A stretch of DNA of 63,553 nt, the filler included, from Collodictyon triciliatum (lineage: Eukaryota): assembly GCA_043381765.1 (NCBI GenBank). It is 15 parts of 15 records of this genome, joined end to end, with 100 filler letters (N's around TTAATTAATTAA, not from the genome) between each part and the next. Parts side by side here need not be neighbours in the genome. Positions count along the whole stretch, not along the records: positions 59,422 to 63,553 come from JBHJMP010006469.1; 14 more parts are not named here. One strand, 5' to 3'. A program made the position numbers and the translations under genes. Positions 59,508 through 63,553 of this stretch are shown piece after piece (position 1 is the stretch's first letter; each line of letters opens with the position of its first letter). The notes beneath the pieces were generated by a model. The model was given only the letters and a program-made list of their open reading frames with translations, was not told the DNA's origin and did no database searches.

Positions 59508-61031
59508 GTATCATCATGGGTCGCCATGAGTATTGTGCGATGCGAAAGGCTCAAGGATAGAATTACAGTCTATTCAAAATTTGTCAAATTAGCAGAAGTA
59601 TGACATAGAACCTAGACAAATTTACATGAAACCCCCTGGCATTTGCATTTATTTATTTCATGGATTATGTGCGTACTGCCCATTTCTTAATGAATACATA
59701 CTCACATATATGTCTCCTTTATTCTTTTCCTTTTTTTTTCTTTCCATTAGTATTTGTATCAGGTGAACAACTTCGACTCTATGTTTGCTGTCACATCAGG
59801 AATTCTATCATCAGCTATTCACCGTCTGAAATTTACGCGTCAGGGGCTTCCCCAGGCAATGCAAAAGGTCTTTTAGGATTTTTCATTCTAATAGGCTGAA
59901 TTTATAATAGTATTTGGTATGGAAGGTTTTCTTTTTACACTTCATCATATATAAAGTATTGAGTAATAATTTGTGCGTAGACTTTGCATCAACTTTCTAC
60001 TTTGATTTCTCCGTATGGCTCCTACAAAGACTACAGAAGGACAGTAGAATCTTCAACCCCTCCTATAATTCCTTACATGTAACACTTCCATGATATTTTA
60101 TATGTATGGGATAATGTGATGTCATTCTTTAGATCACTTACATGTCATATTTTTATATTTGTTTATTTACTTTGTTTCTTTGTTTCTTTGTTTCTTTGTT
60201 TCTTTGTTTCTTTGTTTCTTTGTTTCTTTGTTTCTTTGTTTCTTTGTTTCTTTGTTTTCTCACTTCGCGTCCACCTGCGCGGTTTACATTCGGCTTTACA
60301 TTTAAAGAGGTTTGTTTTTTGTTTGTTTGTTTGTTTCTTGGCTTCAATTTTATCTCATATCTGGAATTATACTGTAACATTTCGGTTCATGACAATAGTA
60401 ATAATAATTAGGTGTGTATTTGACCGACCTTACCTTTATCGAGCACGGCAACCCGGATTTATTCCACGGGCTTCTTAATTTTCATAAGCTAGAACTTATA
60501 TACAAGTATATATACATGATATATCACAAGATTATGAATCGCCTTTATCTGCGACCGATAGCTCTTTGAGGAATTCTTGAGTGACTATCATTATATTTTG
60601 TATTTGTCAATCCCCTGGTTCCAATGATAGAAAGTCAAGAAGTGCTACTGAATGTATACCTCGAATAACCAAGCTTAAAGAAAATCTGATTATTTTGCCT
60701 ATTGTCTTTAGTGTCATCGACCGTGTACTTCGTTACCAAACATACAAGTTCGATATTTCGGAGAACTATGTAATTATTGATTTATATATGTTTATTCCCC
60801 TGGTTTCCTCTGACAGAAAATATCGGCGTGGTGTATTAGCGTAATAACCCATATGTTAGAGCTGTTGTTTGGCATTCCCATCCTTCAGAAATTAATTTTA
60901 ATATCATAATAAAATATTCGTAGGCGCTATCTGAATTCATCAACGAGCTCCCTTACTACGAGGATTCTGACATATACAGGCTCTCTCTTCAAGTTGAACC
61001 CCGCAACGCCCATTTGGATGAGCTGGTGTAG
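59508..61031 (+). CDS. RasGEF (CDC25 homology domain), 3' part
   Basis: [56 protein letters not shown]...[15 protein letters not shown]; stop at 61031. Confidence 0.93.
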
Positions 61032-61172
61032 TCTCCTGCCAGTCTCAATGGACACATATGTTTTTGCTGGGTCGTTCCAATTTTGTTATTCTGGTTTTTA
61101 TTCAGTTTGCATGTGGCCATTTGGGTTTGATTTTTTGGCCAGTCCTTTATAATTTTTTAAAATATATATATA

Positions 61173-61308
61173 TTAAAAAAATGACACTGGGGCAAGCAAC
61201 GTGGACTGCAAACTCAATACCGATGAATTCATCATCTCCTTTTTATCAAACGTGCCTGAGTTTGAAAAAAGAAAACTTTGTAATAGCTTATTTTTTCTTT
61301 CCCTTCCT

Positions 61309-61353
<45 letters not shown>

Positions 61354-63324
61354 TTTTTTTTTTTATTTTTTTTTTTTTTTTTTGATAAAACCATCCAATA
61401 TATAAAATGGGACTTGGATAAATTCTATGTTGTATGAGTTTTGTGAAATCATTCAGGCGTGATGGACCGTGTTTCCCTCTATATATAAGCGAATGAGTAA
61501 GTTGCCTATTTTAGTTAATGGCAGAAAGTCATTCATAATTTGTAAAGCAACCGGAATTTAATCTTCAAGCAAAAACAAAAAAAGAAAAACAAAGAAACAA
61601 AAGAAACTGGTTAAAAACAAAAGGCTGCTCGAGTATTCGCATATAGAAAGAATCATATAGAGAAAACCTTTTTCTGTTCGGCTGCTCAAAGGAACCTTCT
61701 GGCCGTGCTCTCGATTCGACAGTAGATAAACACCAAAGAAAGTCATCAAAACGCCAATAAAGAATGCAAAATATTGTCCAGTATCGAAATCATCTAATTC
61801 TTGGAAGTATATCCTGTTGGTGATAAAGTGGTTGAGTCTCTCACACGGAGTGGTGCTCCACAACTCATGGAGATTTAATAAATAGTTCCATAGATGCTTT
61901 TCTTTGTTTCTTCAATAACACATAGAAGGGGAAAGACATGTGTACCCTCCGCCAATGATAGAGAATACTGTCCAAATCACATAGAATACAGGAACTACAT
62001 ATAACGCATCAAATCTGCGCAATGCAAGGTTTATCAAAACAACCTGTGTGCGTTAAGATGGAATTAATTGATTAAAGTGTATGAAAGAACTTGGAGGCGG
62101 GATATGAATGCTAATTCTCCAGTGACATTCACAAAAAGTGAAGTGAATAAGATTACGGCAACCAACCACCCCTTATTTTTTTTCTCCTTTATTCGATTCA
62201 AAACCAACCACCCCTTATTTAACTCTCTTTTTGCTTTGATCCTTAATTGGCATTTGTAGTGGGAACAAATAGGATAGAATTGCTTAATTAAAAAAAACCT
62301 GGGACACAGCTGTTGCTATGGCAAAGAAGAATATCAGGTAAGTTAAAGGGTACACTAGCTGGTTATCCCCGTCAAATGTTGACTGAAGAAGTTCGGAACT
62401 ACAAATAAGAGATGCATGACCAAACAATTATTGAGGTGAAAGAATGGCAAATAAATCAAAACATTTTTCTTTAGTTGTATCTCATTGTATGAATGAGCCA
62501 TTTTTCTTTTAAAAATAAAACTCGAATTTCTCCTAATTAACCTTGGATTGGAAAACAAAATATTACGAGCATTTTGCTGTTAGTACTGTTTGTGATCCAA
62601 TCAAAGCACCGATGCAGGTATAAGAGAAAGCGAGAACCTTCTTCCACATCTCGTGCTGGTTTGCATCGTATAGTCTGTTATTGAAAGGAAAGGGAATGTG
62701 CTCAGTTCAATAATCAAAAAAAAAAACCTGTGCACAAAAAAAAAAAAAATCAAGGCCACATGCACATCAGAGTTTTTTTAAAAAAAAAATTAGTACAAAT
62801 ACATGGCAGATTCATCCATGTTATCTTGTTCATATTGATGTTCTTTATGACTATCAGATGTGTCAAATTCATCGTCGTTTGTTGGAAGATTCGATTTTGA
62901 TTGGTCATAAATTTGGATGATACGATTTCCTCTGTAAATCAATACTACTATTGAAGCTATCAAGCTGAATATGATGACAAAGTAAGCTATCATCCCAGGC
63001 TTTACATACAAATCAAGTAGCTGGTCCAATGTGTATTCTGTTGCCAGCAAATTTTTTAAAAAAAAATGGCACGGAAGCAAAAAAAAGTAAAGCAATACAT
63101 GTGGATTCATCTTTGTAAATATGGAATAAACTTGTGAATTCATTTAGGATAAAGTAAGGTTTATAGTTATTCTTAAATGTATATGTACTAGCTAAAGAGA
63201 ATAAACTATTTGGTATATATATATATATTCAACCTGACTCGGAATGATCTGCGAAAACAATAGCCAGAATAGCTCCGGCAATTATAGAGGCGGTGGCGAT
63301 AAGATCATTCTTACTGAAAGGTTC
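61173..63324 (-). CDS. NIPA-family magnesium transporter, 3' part (last exon tentative)
   Basis: GALIGSQTVLTAKC, LINLALRRFDALYVVPVFYVIWTVFSIIGG.IYFQE, FFIGVLMTFFGVYLLS; multiple transmembrane segments. Confidence 0.9.
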
Positions 63325-63495
63325 CTGATAAGAGCAAAAAAAATGAAGAAACCATTAATGTGTCTGAATAAAAGAATATGTGCAGTATAGATGAGTGTAA
63401 ACTCTTTTAATATTTCCTATCCATATCCATATTTTCATACTTTTTTTCGTTGTTTTTGTTGTTTTTGTTGTTTTCGTTTGTTTTTTTGTTTTTTT

Positions 63496-63553
<58 letters not shown>

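Noticed and set aside
62161-62220. 18-nt direct repeat ACCAACCACCCCTTATTT in a NIPA intron
   Set aside because: Only two copies 42 nt apart with no element features between them. Probably a local slippage duplication.

Overview
This is eukaryotic draft-assembly DNA, not one locus. Fifteen unrelated contigs of about 4.13-4.22 kb, roughly sorted by length, are joined by artificial 100-nt spacers (N44-TTAATTAATTAA-N44). The source is an AT-rich, very intron-dense, microsatellite-rich genome using the standard code, probably a protist; the taxon cannot be determined from sequence alone. Manual GT-AG splicing recovers whole or partial genes: CWC15, ATG18/WIPI, CTP synthase (17 exons), an ankyrin-repeat protein, a PRAS40/AKT1S1-like protein, an atypical Ras-family GTPase, a DUF4442-like hotdog thioesterase, a PACT/CCDC171-like coiled-coil protein, AIM24, WDR55, a cystathionine beta-lyase-like protein, a TONSL-like TPR protein, a PH+LRR protein, a GSAP-like protein, a DCX/KHA-fused AMPK-related kinase, an NPHP3-like TPR protein, cyclin Y, a RasGEF and a NIPA transporter. 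There is also a degenerate L1/Tx1 retrotransposon fragment. Three observations stand out. (1) A 12-exon gene invisible to the ORF track carries the PRAS40 mTORC1-binding motifs in the correct order. (2) An intact cystathionine beta-lyase-like gene lacks the PLP lysine and other cofactor-binding residues, so it is a candidate pseudoenzyme. (3) A TPR array is built from six exact 126-nt phase-2/2 exons, one repeat per exon. All homology calls come from motif recognition; no database search was run.
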